This document shows, in pieces, positions 9,901-19,752 of a stretch of 64,000 nucleotides of DNA; the stretch's first letter is position 1, and every line of letters starts with the position of its first letter. The translations under genes were made by a program, and so were the position numbers. Source of the DNA: Candidatus Melainabacteria bacterium 17Bon1m (GTDB taxonomy: Bacteria; Cyanobacteriota; Vampirovibrionia; Obscuribacterales; Obscuribacteraceae); the NCBI GenBank assembly GCA_032128875.1, contig JAVLKG010000003.1, positions 193,008 through 257,007 on the forward strand, given 5' to 3'. The notes under the pieces were generated by a model. The model saw only the letters and a program-made list of their open reading frames with translations. It ran no database searches and had not been told where the DNA came from.

Positions 9901-11285
9901 CAGACACAGCTTCGTCAAAAAGCACAGAAGCTTCCAAAAACATACTTTTGCTGCTCGGCGCAATTCCTGCGCTTGGTGGTTTGCTTGTTGGCTACAACAC
10001 GGCCGTCGTCGCTGGCGCACTCGAATTTATAACAAAGGACTTCACGCTCAATACAGTTTTTCAAGAACTGGTTGTAACCTCTGTCCTTGCAGGAGCACTT
10101 CTGGGTGCGTTCTTGAGCGGACCACTGACGGACAAGTTGGGACAGAGAAAGGTCATTCAGTTTGCGGGGCTGATTTGCACGGTTGGCGCCGTCGGGCTTT
10201 TTTTTGCGCCAAACGTGATGATGCTAATTGCTTTCCGCTCGTTGCTAGGCATCGCATGTGGTATCGCGACCATGGTTGCGCCATTGTATGTGGCTGAGAC
10301 AGCGCCCGCGAAGTATCGCGGTATGTTCGTCTCCTTCGTGCAGTTGGCTATTACTATCGGAATCTTTCTTTCCTACATCACAGACTTCCTTTTTTCGAAC
10401 GCAGGCAACTGGAAAGCGATGTTAGGGCTCGGTGCGCTGCCTGGATTTTGTCTCATGCTGGGCATGTTGGCGTTGCCGGAAAGCCCTCGTTGGTTGGCAA
10501 TGAAAGGGCGCATAGATGAGGCAAAAACTGTTCTCGCACGTTTGGGCAACCAGGACGATTCTGAGATTTTTGCAGATAGTGGAAAACCTGCGGAAGCCGC
10601 GTCATGGGGAGAACTTTTTAGCGGGCGCGTTGTGGCTGCGTCTATAACCGCTTCAGTTTTGTTCTTGGTGCAAAACTTGTCCGGCATTGATGGTGTTTTG
10701 TACTACGCACCAACCATTTTCAAGATTGTCGGCTTCGAAGGAACGACCGCGCAAATCCTTGCAACTGCTGGACTTGGCGCTGTAAATGTAATCGCCACGG
10801 TTATCGCTACCGGTTTTGTAGATCGCGCAGGGCGACGCCCTTTGCTGTTGGGCGGATTAGGTGTAATGGTTGTTTCGTTGGCAGTGCTCAGCTTTAGCTT
10901 GATGCAGGCGCACGCTGGTCCCATGCTTAGCTACATTGCCGCCGGTTCTTTGGCTGTTTTCGTTGCAGCGTTTGCGGTCAGCCTCGGACCAATTCCGTAC
11001 GTAATCATGTCTGAGATTTTTCCATTGCGTGTGCGCAGCATGGGAATGAGCCTCGCTGCGGCGTCGGCGTGGGGCTGCAACATGGTGGTCACTGTGACTT
11101 TCCTCAGCCTTCTCGAAGCGCTCGGGCAGGCGAATGTTTTCTGGTTGTACTGCGCAATCTGTCTCGGCGGGCTCGTCTTCTCGTATTTCAATGTTCCAGA
11201 AACCAACAATTGCTCGCTTGAAGACATCGAAGCAAACTTGATGGAAGGCGTGCCCAGTCGGCATCTCGGAAGGAAACGCGCATGA
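9897..11285 (+). CDS. Sugar porter family MFS transporter
   Basis: GYNTAV, DKLGQRK, PESPRWL, YYAPTIF, VPET motifs; 4-nt overlap with the GMC gene. Confidence 0.93.
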   Translation: MTDTASSKSTEASKNILLLLGAIPALGGLLVGYNTAVVAGALEFITKDFTLNTVFQELVVTSVLAGALLGAFLSGPLTDKLGQRKVIQFAGLICTVGAVGLFFAPNVMMLIAFRSLLGIACGIATMVAPLYVAETAPAKYRGMFVSFVQLAITIGIFLSYITDFLFSNAGNWKAMLGLGALPGFCLMLGMLALPESPRWLAMKGRIDEAKTVLARLGNQDDSEIFADSGKPAEAASWGELFSGRVVAASITASVLFLVQNLSGIDGVLYYAPTIFKIVGFEGTTAQILATAGLGAVNVIATVIATGFVDRAGRRPLLLGGLGVMVVSLAVLSFSLMQAHAGPMLSYIAAGSLAVFVAAFAVSLGPIPYVIMSEIFPLRVRSMGMSLAAASAWGCNMVVTVTFLSLLEALGQANVFWLYCAICLGGLVFSYFNVPETNNCSLEDIEANLMEGVPSRHLGRKRA

Positions 11286-11405
11286 GAAGACTAAATTGAA
11301 AGTCACCCTCTTCAGAAGTATGACACCAGCTATAATGGAATTTATAGTTTGCTTTTGAGTTAGGTCAGTATTCGTAGGACGGAACCCATTTAAGAGGTCT
11401 CCGGG

Positions 11406-12050
11406 ATGACACATTCAAGGCGCCAGTTTTTGAAGATTTTGGCAGCAGCCCCGTCGTTCCTGATCGCGGGAATGACCGTTTCGCCTGTTTTCCGGTATTT
11501 AAAACCCACGATGAAGCCGCTCGGCTTTCTTGATCCTCCAGATTTTCCGGTCCCTAGTGAAGCCGTGTCTTTTCCCGCGGAAGTTTTCAACCAGCCATGG
11601 GTTTGTATTCCATTCGTCTACAAAATGAAGATATCCGAGTTCAATCCTGAAAAGGAAGAAGTTCGAGAAGTCCTTGGTTTCATGATTAGCTTAGGCAATA
11701 AAGAAGTGGTTGCTTACAGCAGGCTCTGCCCCGCTCACGGTAACGAATCTCCGTACATAGATGACGCTTTTGGCTGTCGTAGATGTGTTCCTCACAAATG
11801 TCCTCTAAACTATCTTGCTGACGACGATCTCTGCCATGCCGGATGTTTTCTGCCACTGAAAGACTGTAAGTGCTCAAAGAAGATTGCGAACCCTGTCCTT
11901 TACTGTGCGTGCACGGGAGCGACATACGATTTGGCGAATGAGCCACGCGCCAGTGCCGGCTGTCGACAGGCGGCGCAAAAATTCATTTTGAGAAGGATTG
12001 GAGACACAATCACGGTCGAAGGGCTCATGGGCGACGAGCGTATACTTTAG
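11406..12050 (+). CDS. Tat-exported atypical Rieske-like Cys-rich protein
   Basis: SRRQFLK twin-arginine signal; AYSRLCPAH and YCACTGATYD resemble Rieske boxes 1 and 2. Confidence 0.7.
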   Translation: MTHSRRQFLKILAAAPSFLIAGMTVSPVFRYLKPTMKPLGFLDPPDFPVPSEAVSFPAEVFNQPWVCIPFVYKMKISEFNPEKEEVREVLGFMISLGNKEVVAYSRLCPAHGNESPYIDDAFGCRRCVPHKCPLNYLADDDLCHAGCFLPLKDCKCSKKIANPVLYCACTGATYDLANEPRASAGCRQAAQKFILRRIGDTITVEGLMGDERIL

Positions 12051-12117
12051 AAGGCATCTCTGAGAACTTTGGTCCGCGAGTGGTTAAGCTCGTCGCAAGC
12101 TGTTGTCTTTTATCGAG

Positions 12118-12168
12118 TATTTTGATATACATCTAATTAGATGAGTATCAAAATAGATGACCGTCGAA
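12118..12168. promoter_or_regulatory. Tandem palindromic operator array upstream of ArsR-family gene
   Basis: Three abutting 16-bp imperfect palindromes: tttgatatacatctaa, ttagatgagtatcaaa, atagatgaccgtcgaa. Confidence 0.75.
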
Positions 12169-12192
12169 ATAAGGATGTGAAAAAGTGCAATC

Positions 12193-12750
12193 ATGGCTAG
12201 TGTTGAATTCTCAAAAGTTCTGAATTTTTTCAAGGCGCTGTCTGACGAAAGCCGCCTGAAGATAGTTGGGGCGCTGGCGTCGAACGAGCGCAGTGTGGAA
12301 GAGCTTGCGACATTGCTCGAGCTGAAGGCTCCGACTGTTTCTCATCACCTGGCAAAACTGAAAGAAGTCGGGTTGGTCGACATGCGTTCTGAAGGGACGA
12401 CGCACATCTACCATCTGGTGATGTCGGAAATGCGTTCGCTTGCGAAGCGCGTTCTCTCGCTCGACACAATGGAGACGTTTACGGAGGAAGTTGTTGCTGA
12501 CGCCTGGGAACGCAAGATTCTTGGAGACTTCTTTGTCGGTCAAAAGTTGAAAGAGATTCCTGCCAGTCGCAAAAAGCGCGAGGTGGTTTTGCGTTGGTTG
12601 GTGGAACGCTTCAACTCCGGGAAGCGCTATACAGAGAAGGAAGTGAACGCCATCATCGGGAAACATCATCCGGACTTCGCTACTTTGCGACGCGAGTTGA
12701 TTTGTGCGAAATTGTTAGCGCGAGAATCTGGTATTTACTGGCGTACGTAA
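12193..12750 (+). CDS. ArsR-family HTH regulator with C-terminal DUF2087-like domain
   Basis: FKALSDESRLKI...PTVSHHLAKL HTH; IPASRKKR...YTEKEVN...DFATLRRELI. Confidence 0.88.
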   Translation: MASVEFSKVLNFFKALSDESRLKIVGALASNERSVEELATLLELKAPTVSHHLAKLKEVGLVDMRSEGTTHIYHLVMSEMRSLAKRVLSLDTMETFTEEVVADAWERKILGDFFVGQKLKEIPASRKKREVVLRWLVERFNSGKRYTEKEVNAIIGKHHPDFATLRRELICAKLLARESGIYWRT

Positions 12751-12769
12751 GGACGCAAATAAGAACTGC

Positions 12770-12794
12770 GGGCGACGCATGGCGTCGCCCCTAC
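12770..12794. repeat. GTAG-type REP element
   Basis: gggcgacgcatggcgtcgcccctac. Confidence 0.8.
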
Positions 12795-12823
12795 GCTTCG
12801 CAACCTATGTAGCGCCCAGATCG

Positions 12824-14086
12824 CTACCTGCGTAGCAGCCAGAGTTTGCGCTCTTTCAAATCGATGTTGTACTGCCAGCCTTCGAAGAAGTCGTGGCCAA
12901 GCAAAGGCGCTTCGGAGTCACTGAGCGCGTCCACGTTGGCGCTCACCCGGACGTTGCTCTTGTCTATTGGTCCCAATTTCAATCTCGTTGCTGTGTATTC
13001 CAGTGCTTTTCCAGAGCCTGACACACCAGTGTGAGTTGATGTCTCTGCATCTGCCGGAGGCTTGCATCCGTAGGAAGTCGCTTGCTGGGTGCTCATGAAT
13101 TTGACTGTGCATGCGGAATTCCCGGTATCGAGCATCATCGGTAACTTCTTGCCGTTCAACTCAACTTCTACGATTATCCGATTGCCTGCCTCTTGGAAGA
13201 TAAACGGAACCGCGATGCCAGACTTCGAAGCCGTTGAGCTCGCGCTGCCCTTGCGCCTGAAGCGGATGCAGTGGGCACTCTGGTCTACTGTGTAATCGAA
13301 GAATTGAAGAAATGCCTGACCGAGAAGCGGCGACGCGTAGTTGTTGGCCACAACTTTCACGGACGCATTTTTTACTGTGAAAGGACCGACGCGCAGGTTC
13401 GCAGGCATAAGCCAAAAACTCTGCACGCTGCTGTTGCTCGAGCCGCCTGATACGCCATGTGCGTCACCGTCTGGGGGACGAATACCTGCTGCTTCGAGTT
13501 GGTTTTTTCCCAAAAAAACCGTTGGTGCCCCGGTATCAAGTTCCATCTCTATAGTTCGATTGTTTATTTCTACCGGCACCCAAATTTGTCTGTTGGTTTC
13601 TCGATAATAAACGGAGCCTTCATCGGGTCCTGATAGTGTGCCTTCCTCCCCGCTCGATTTAAATGGAGGCGCCGATGAACCACCGCCCGATCCCATGCTA
13701 GAGCTTGGACTATAACTAGACCCTGCGCCTGCATATTGTGAGCCTGGGTCGAGTTTGCTCAAAACGCCCTTCGCATACTGCGCGATTGTGCTGTTGGGAG
13801 AAAGGTAAACAACTTGCTTGTAGAGTGTCTTTGCTTTACTGGTATTGCCGGCAAAGTGGTTGCTTAGTGCCGCGTAATAGCAAACGTTCGGGTCCGGCTG
13901 CGGAGTGTTCGCGAAAAACTCGAACATCTGCGCCGCCTCTTTGTAGCGTTTTTCCTGATAGAGCTTGTACGCTTGCGCGACGCTGTCTGCCGCGTACGCT
14001 TCACTCAATCCAACAAATGTCGACGCCAACGCCAATGCGCAACCAGCGGCTGCAACTAGAGGCGTGAGCGATTTGCGATGTTTCAA
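12824..14086 (-). CDS. Exported TPR protein with two retropepsin-like aspartyl protease domains
   Basis: Signal peptide, TPR segment, two DTG motifs (LDTGA, LDTGN) each followed by an LLG..F motif. Confidence 0.88.
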   Translation of the reverse strand: MKHRKSLTPLVAAAGCALALASTFVGLSEAYAADSVAQAYKLYQEKRYKEAAQMFEFFANTPQPDPNVCYYAALSNHFAGNTSKAKTLYKQVVYLSPNSTIAQYAKGVLSKLDPGSQYAGAGSSYSPSSSMGSGGGSSAPPFKSSGEEGTLSGPDEGSVYYRETNRQIWVPVEINNRTIEMELDTGAPTVFLGKNQLEAAGIRPPDGDAHGVSGGSSNSSVQSFWLMPANLRVGPFTVKNASVKVVANNYASPLLGQAFLQFFDYTVDQSAHCIRFRRKGSASSTASKSGIAVPFIFQEAGNRIIVEVELNGKKLPMMLDTGNSACTVKFMSTQQATSYGCKPPADAETSTHTGVSGSGKALEYTATRLKLGPIDKSNVRVSANVDALSDSEAPLLGHDFFEGWQYNIDLKERKLWLLRR

Positions 14087-14160
14087 AGCGGCGAGTCTCG
14101 GCGATGTGTGACCGCTCAGGACCGAATGGGTTCTGACTTTGTTATTTTAAAACAGAATCG

Positions 14161-14574
14161 CTAAGAAGCCTCGCCGACAACTTCCGGCACTTTGGCTGTT
14201 TCTCTGTCGCCGCAACCATTGGCTGCCGCTACAACCTTGGCGCGCGCCGCCATCAGTTCTTCGGCATGCTCTTGCGCCCATACTTCTAAGTGATCGAGCA
14301 CGGGAATGAGCGTCTGCCCCAGCTCGGTCAATGTGTATTCGACCCTCGGCGGAACTTCCGCAAAAATAGTGCGTTTGACTAACCCGTCAGCTTCTAATTC
14401 ACGCAACTGATGCGTCAAAACTCGTTGTGTTACGCCCTTCAGCTCTCGCCGCAATTCGTTGAATCTGAGAGTGCCCTTCTTCAACTTACATATGATAAGT
14501 ACCTTCCATTTATCGGAAATCATGGCCATAGTTGCCATGATCGGGCATTCAAGCTTTGCGTACATATTGGTCAC
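14161..14574 (-). CDS. HxlR-family transcriptional regulator
   Basis: CP...ISDKWK, RFNEL, LRELEADGLV, PPRVEYTLT. Confidence 0.93.
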   Translation of the reverse strand: MTNMYAKLECPIMATMAMISDKWKVLIICKLKKGTLRFNELRRELKGVTQRVLTHQLRELEADGLVKRTIFAEVPPRVEYTLTELGQTLIPVLDHLEVWAQEHAEELMAARAKVVAAANGCGDRETAKVPEVVGEAS

Positions 14575-14861
14575 CTGGTATCGAAATGGATACTACACTA
14601 CTTTTGTGTTCCTGCGTGCAGTTGTATACCATTCGATTCTAGTACGCCGCTTACGATCTCGACAACACCTTTAAGGTGAAATTTGACATTGGTAACTTTT
14701 CGACCCTGTTTAGGGCGTGGCAGCCGTTTTGCCGCCTATTGATGCCTTTGAGCAAGATCTATAAACCAACTATGCCAAAATAATGGCTTCCGTAATGCAC
14801 GGGACCATGTTTTGAAAATTGACGTCTTTGATTTAGTACTTAGGAATCCGATAGGAGAGAG

Positions 14862-15488
14862 ATGATGATTAGAAAGAGTGCTGTACTGGCTCTCGTGGCT
14901 TTTGGGCTCGTAACGCCCAGCGCTCATGCGGCTGATACCTGGACTATTGACCCGATGCACACTGCTGCCAATTTCAGCATCAAACACATGATGATATCGA
15001 CTGTGCGCGGAGGGTTCGGAAAAGTAAGCGGTACTGTCGAATACGACGGCAAGAATTTGGCCAAAGCCAAGGTTGACGCGACAATTGATGCCAGCACCAT
15101 CAATACCAACGAAGCAAAGCGCGACGAACATCTTCGCGGCAAAGATTTCTTCGATACTGAGAAATTCCCGAAAATCACCTTCAAGTCGACCGGCATCAAG
15201 CCGAAAGGCAAAGACAAATTTGCTATGACCGGCGATTTGACGATGCATGGCGTGACCAAACCGGTAACGCTCGATGTTGACGGTCCGAGCCCGGTCATCA
15301 AAGACAAACAAGGCAACCACAAGGTCGGGTTTTCTGCCCGCGGAACGATCAAGAGAAAAGACTTCGGCATCACCTACAACTCTGTCCTTGATGGCGGTGG
15401 CGTAGCGTTGGGTGAAGAAGTGCCGATCACCTTAGACGTAGAAATGTCTAAGCCTGCCGATGATGCAAAACCGGCAGCCAAAGGCTAA
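14862..15488 (+). CDS. YceI-family polyisoprenoid-binding exported protein
   Basis: Signal peptide, WTIDPMHT, RDEHLRGKDFFD, RKDFGI. Confidence 0.93.
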   Translation: MMIRKSAVLALVAFGLVTPSAHAADTWTIDPMHTAANFSIKHMMISTVRGGFGKVSGTVEYDGKNLAKAKVDATIDASTINTNEAKRDEHLRGKDFFDTEKFPKITFKSTGIKPKGKDKFAMTGDLTMHGVTKPVTLDVDGPSPVIKDKQGNHKVGFSARGTIKRKDFGITYNSVLDGGGVALGEEVPITLDVEMSKPADDAKPAAKG

Positions 15489-15497
15489 AAAGTAAGG

Positions 15498-15535
15498 TCC
15501 GGCGGCGGGGTGCAGACCGAATCTCGCTGCCGGAA
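15498..15535 (+). terminator. Hairpin after yceI-like gene
   Basis: tccggcggcggg...ctcgctgccgga inverted repeat. Confidence 0.45.
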
Positions 15536-15562
15536 CCGAAAATAAATTTGCGTGGGAAAACA

Positions 15563-16237
15563 ATGAGCAAAGTACTCCTGGTGGAAGACGAAGCTGATCT
15601 CGCTTCACAGATCAAACTGTCATTGACTCGTGAGCACTACACCGTCGAACATGTCGACAACGGTCAATCCGCGCTAGATATGCTGCGTGTCTATCAGTAC
15701 GATGTCGTTGTACTCGATTGGGGTCTGCCTGGAATGACTGGGCTCGAAGTGATGAAGAAATTTCGCGAGAAAGGCGGTAAGACGCCGATTCTCATGCTCA
15801 CTGCCCGCTCTAGCGTTGACGATCGCGCTGAAGGTCTTGACTCTGGTGCTGACGACTATTTGCCTAAACCCTTTCACGCCAAAGAGCTAAACGCGCGATT
15901 GCGTGCATTGATTCGGCGCGCCTCTCAGAGCACAACCACTGTGTTGAACGTCGGAAATTTGTCTTTAGATCCGGTCGCACGCAAAGTTGAGCGGAACGGT
16001 GTTGAGTTGAAGTTGGAACCCAAAGAGTTCAACCTGCTCGAATTTTTGATGCGCAATCCTAATACAGTGTTCAGTGCAGAGGCGCTTATCGACAGAGTTT
16101 GGGAATCCGATACTCTCGTCAGCACAGATGCGATTCGCACTTACATCAAAGGCATTCGGAAAAAAGTCGACACCGATGGTGAACAGTCAATCATCTCCAC
16201 GGTACACGGCGTGGGCTACAGGTTGGACGCGAAGTAA
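15563..16237 (+). CDS. OmpR-family response regulator
   Basis: VEDE, LDWGLPG, GADDYLPKPF, winged-helix TVHGVGY. Confidence 0.95.
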   Translation: MSKVLLVEDEADLASQIKLSLTREHYTVEHVDNGQSALDMLRVYQYDVVVLDWGLPGMTGLEVMKKFREKGGKTPILMLTARSSVDDRAEGLDSGADDYLPKPFHAKELNARLRALIRRASQSTTTVLNVGNLSLDPVARKVERNGVELKLEPKEFNLLEFLMRNPNTVFSAEALIDRVWESDTLVSTDAIRTYIKGIRKKVDTDGEQSIISTVHGVGYRLDAK

Positions 16238-17463
16238 TGTTCAAAGGGCTGCGCATCCGACTGACGCTCTGGTTTATGCTTCTGTCCGGCGTTGCTTTTT
16301 TCATTCTCGCCATCGGCAACACATATCTTTTTCAGAAGTCGCTGACCCAACAGCTCGATGATGAGCTGAAAGCGCTAACTGAGCAAGTTGCGCCATTGGT
16401 TTATATCGTGCGCAATGACTTGCAAGCGCGTGGTTTAGTTGAGCAATTGCACAAAAGTCCCTTTGGATATAAAACTACCGTTCAGCTTTTCGACGCGCAT
16501 GGAAACATTGATGAAGAGCATGGGGAGAAAGGAGATCCCAAGCTTTTTCTGAACAACTGCGAGGTCGAAAGCGTCTCCGGTACGCTGCGCTCAAAGTCTG
16601 TTCCGTTGTTTCAAGATGGGCATCTTTTCGGCTATTTGCAAATTCAAATTCCTACGGCTCAGCGCGATCTCTCTGTCGATAAATTTGTTTTGTCGAAAAT
16701 TCTCCTAGGTCCCATTTTCCTTTTGGGTCTCACTTGGGCTGGTTATTTGGTCTCTGGAAAAGCCGTAGAGCCGGTGGAAGAGTCATATCGCATTCTGAAG
16801 ATGTTCGTTCAGGACGCCAGCCATGAGCTGAAGACACCGGTGGCTACGATTCAGATTACGGCAGAGAATTTGGCAGAGGATGTAAAAGAAGATCCTGATC
16901 TTAGCGAACGATTAGCCATCATTACTCGTAATACAGATCGTATGTCTAATTTGGTTTCTGACATGCTTACTCTTGCGAAAATGGAAGTTGTTCAAACAGA
17001 GGCTAAGCTGATAAGAACGTCTCTGAAAGCCATCCTTGAGCGCCAGACCGAAGAGTTTGCTCCGCGTTTTGAATCTAGTGAGAAGAGGCTAGATGTGCAT
17101 CTAGGTGAAACACCAGCAATCCTGGGTGACGCTGAGTCTCTGAATCATTTGTTTTCTAACTTGATCGAGAACGCGCTCAAATATTCCGAGAAAGGAGCGG
17201 TCGTCAAAGTTGTATTACGCACGCGCGACGGCAAGGCATGCGTGATTGTAGAGGACAATGGCTTAGGCATTCCGAAAGAGGCGATACCGCGCTTATTCGA
17301 TCGCTTTTACCGCGTTGATAAGAAAGCCGCGCGCGCAAAAGGCGGCACAGGTCTCGGCTTGTCCATCGTCAAAACCATCGCCGATATGCACCACGCCGTT
17401 ATCGAAGTCGCTAGTACTGAAGGCAAAGGCACAACCTTTACGGTGACGTTTCCATCCGCTTAA
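16237..17463 (+). CDS. Membrane sensor histidine kinase
   Basis: Two TM segments, H-box DASHELKTP, NLIENALKY, DNGLGI, GTGLGL; overlaps the regulator stop codon. Confidence 0.95.
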   Translation: MFKGLRIRLTLWFMLLSGVAFFILAIGNTYLFQKSLTQQLDDELKALTEQVAPLVYIVRNDLQARGLVEQLHKSPFGYKTTVQLFDAHGNIDEEHGEKGDPKLFLNNCEVESVSGTLRSKSVPLFQDGHLFGYLQIQIPTAQRDLSVDKFVLSKILLGPIFLLGLTWAGYLVSGKAVEPVEESYRILKMFVQDASHELKTPVATIQITAENLAEDVKEDPDLSERLAIITRNTDRMSNLVSDMLTLAKMEVVQTEAKLIRTSLKAILERQTEEFAPRFESSEKRLDVHLGETPAILGDAESLNHLFSNLIENALKYSEKGAVVKVVLRTRDGKACVIVEDNGLGIPKEAIPRLFDRFYRVDKKAARAKGGTGLGLSIVKTIADMHHAVIEVASTEGKGTTFTVTFPSA

Positions 17464-17552
17464 TCTCACGTAGGGGAGGCGCATGCGCTGAATCTTACGT
17501 AGGGGAGGCGCATGCGCCTCCCTGTGCAGGGCGCCGCATGCGGGGCCCCTAC
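17462..17552. repeat. GTAG-type REP cluster with a direct duplication (29-bp period)
   Basis: aatct(c/t)acgtaggggaggcgcatgcgc twice, then gggcgccgcatgcggggcccctac. Confidence 0.8.
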
Positions 17553-17631
17553 ATTTTCTCTTTATATTCGCCCTCACACGTCCCTCACGAACGCTCCGTA
17601 GGATTGCAGTATCGGTTGCGAGGCAGAGAAC

Positions 17632-19188
17632 GTGATGACGAACGGTGTCTACATCCAAAGAAGTTTAGAAGGTGTTCTTCCTGACGCGAATCTTCTGCAC
17701 GTGAAGGTTCGAACTAAGGAGATCCTCGAGAAGGAACTTCAGAGAAGGGAAATTGCCAGTAAGTATTACCCTGATCTGGAGTTCCAAACCGAGGGAACAG
17801 CGACCGCGGCTCGGACGAAGAGTTCTAAAACAAACAGTTCCAATACAAAGAATTCCAATACAAAGAATTCTAAATCTACGAGTTCTAGAGCTAATAGTTT
17901 GGCCAAGGAAGAGAGGCAGTGCAAGCAAAGTCTCATGGTTCATGGGGCTGATACCATGAAAAACCTTGCCGGCATCAAGCCTCTTCTTCCTTATGTGGTC
18001 GCGGTTTCAGTAACCGTTTTGTGCACGCTGGTTGGCATAGCAATGACACCAGTTGTTGACGAAGAGAACTTCTGCATGCTTTATCTGCTGGGCGTTGTTC
18101 TAGTCTCTTGCAGATATGGCTTAGGCGCATCGTTACTCACTGTTCTTTTGAGCGTGATCAGTTATGACTTCTTCGTTGTGTCTCCGCACTACACCTTGGT
18201 GAGGTTTGAAACGCCGTGCCTTCTTACCTTTGTTGCAATGCTAGTGGTGGCATTGACGATGAGCGGTCTGACCGCCAGAGTCAAACAGCACGCACGGCAA
18301 CTCGATACAAGAGTCAAAGAGCGCACATATGAGCTGGCTCTAGCTAACGAAGCTCTTAGGGTTGAAGTAGCTTCGAGAGCGCAAGCCGAAGAACGGCTCA
18401 AAGAGGCGGTTGAAGAACTGGCACGCTCAAATACTGCCCTGGCACAGTTTGCCAAAATAGCGTCGCACGATCTGCAAGAACCTTTGCGTTCGTTGCGCGG
18501 GTTCACAGATTTGTTGACACGACGCTATGAAGGCAAACTGGACACCAAAGCCGATGAGTTTATCGAGCACATCAATGACTGTGGCATCCGTATGGAACGC
18601 ATTATCGAAAGTGTACTGAGCCATGCGCGTGTCCAAGGATGTGACCGTCCGTTTACGAAGGTCGATCTCAATGACAGTGTGAAGGAGGCGATGAAAAACC
18701 TTGAGGTAGCTATCAAGGAAAGTGGAGCGAACATAAGTATTGATGAACTTCCAACAGTGAAGGGCGACGCTCTGCAACTGGTTCAACTTTTCCAAAACTT
18801 CTTGGCGAATGCGATCAAGTTCAGACGCGATGAGCCGCTCAGAGTGAAGATTTCTTGTGCCGAGTCCGTAGGTAGCGATGAAATGGCAGCTTACTTGGAC
18901 GTGGACGATGACTTGCCCAGAGCCTTCTGGCACGTGTCAATAAGAGACAACGGAACTGGGTTCGAAAGCCGTCACACGAAAGATGTCTTCACGATGTTCA
19001 AACGAGTCCACTCTGGTCAGGTGTATGCCGGTACGGGTATTGGCCTGGCGATCTGCAAAGCAATTGTAGAGCGGCATGGGGGGAACATCTGGGTGGACAC
19101 GATGAGGAACGGCGGCTCGACCTTTCACTTTACGATGCCGATAGTGACTGACTGCGAACAAAGTACTGACCGAGTAGAGACTAAGTAG
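17632..19188 (+). CDS. Histidine kinase with KdpD-like (DUF4118) four-helix membrane domain; alternative start 17956
   Basis: MLYLLGVV...SYDFFVVSPHY membrane domain, H-box ASHDLQEPLR, NAIKF, GTGIGLAIC. Confidence 0.9.
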   Translation: MMTNGVYIQRSLEGVLPDANLLHVKVRTKEILEKELQRREIASKYYPDLEFQTEGTATAARTKSSKTNSSNTKNSNTKNSKSTSSRANSLAKEERQCKQSLMVHGADTMKNLAGIKPLLPYVVAVSVTVLCTLVGIAMTPVVDEENFCMLYLLGVVLVSCRYGLGASLLTVLLSVISYDFFVVSPHYTLVRFETPCLLTFVAMLVVALTMSGLTARVKQHARQLDTRVKERTYELALANEALRVEVASRAQAEERLKEAVEELARSNTALAQFAKIASHDLQEPLRSLRGFTDLLTRRYEGKLDTKADEFIEHINDCGIRMERIIESVLSHARVQGCDRPFTKVDLNDSVKEAMKNLEVAIKESGANISIDELPTVKGDALQLVQLFQNFLANAIKFRRDEPLRVKISCAESVGSDEMAAYLDVDDDLPRAFWHVSIRDNGTGFESRHTKDVFTMFKRVHSGQVYAGTGIGLAICKAIVERHGGNIWVDTMRNGGSTFHFTMPIVTDCEQSTDRVETK

Positions 19189-19269
19189 AGACCGAGTAGA
19201 GAAAGTATAGGCACCAGTATGAGGATTGTTGAACCGTGGATATTGCAACTGATGAGGAGGAGGTTACCA

Positions 19270-19677
19270 ATGAATAAATTCATCGAAGTACTTTTGGTAG
19301 AAGACAGTCCGGCTGACGTAAGAATTGCAGAGGAGGCGATTATAGATGCAGGAATGAATGTCAACCTGCACGTGGTAAACGACGGTGAGGCGGCAGTTCG
19401 ATATCTAACTCAGCAGGCACCCTACAGCGATGCTGCGACACCAGATATAGTGCTGCTTGACCTAAACATGCCCAAAATGAATGGACACGATGTACTAGAG
19501 GAGATCCGGATTCAAAACAACATGAAAGATGTGCCAATTGTTCTGTTGACCGCTTCAGAAAGCTGTGATGATGTCGAAAAGGCTCACAGTTTGGGCATCA
19601 ACTACTACTTGAGGAAGCCGGTACAAGGACCAGGCTTAAGCGAACTGCTCACCGCTGTTCAAAGTCTCTGGCACTAA
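19270..19677 (+). CDS. Single-domain response regulator (Rcp1-like)
   Basis: LLVEDSPAD, PDIVLLDLNMPK, YLRKP; GGAGG SD. Confidence 0.92.
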   Translation: MNKFIEVLLVEDSPADVRIAEEAIIDAGMNVNLHVVNDGEAAVRYLTQQAPYSDAATPDIVLLDLNMPKMNGHDVLEEIRIQNNMKDVPIVLLTASESCDDVEKAHSLGINYYLRKPVQGPGLSELLTAVQSLWH

Positions 19678-19752
19678 TCGACCGCGTAGCGGCGCATTTT
19701 ATGCGCCTTTCAAAAATAGCTGTTATGTTGCTGAAAAATTGAGGATAGGACA

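Noticed and set aside
17462-17552. Direct repeats as a mini-CRISPR
   Set aside because: Adjacent REP duplication without unique spacers
17840-17871. 15-bp tandem duplication in the kinase 5' region
   Set aside because: Only two copies in a low-complexity stretch; likely replication slippage
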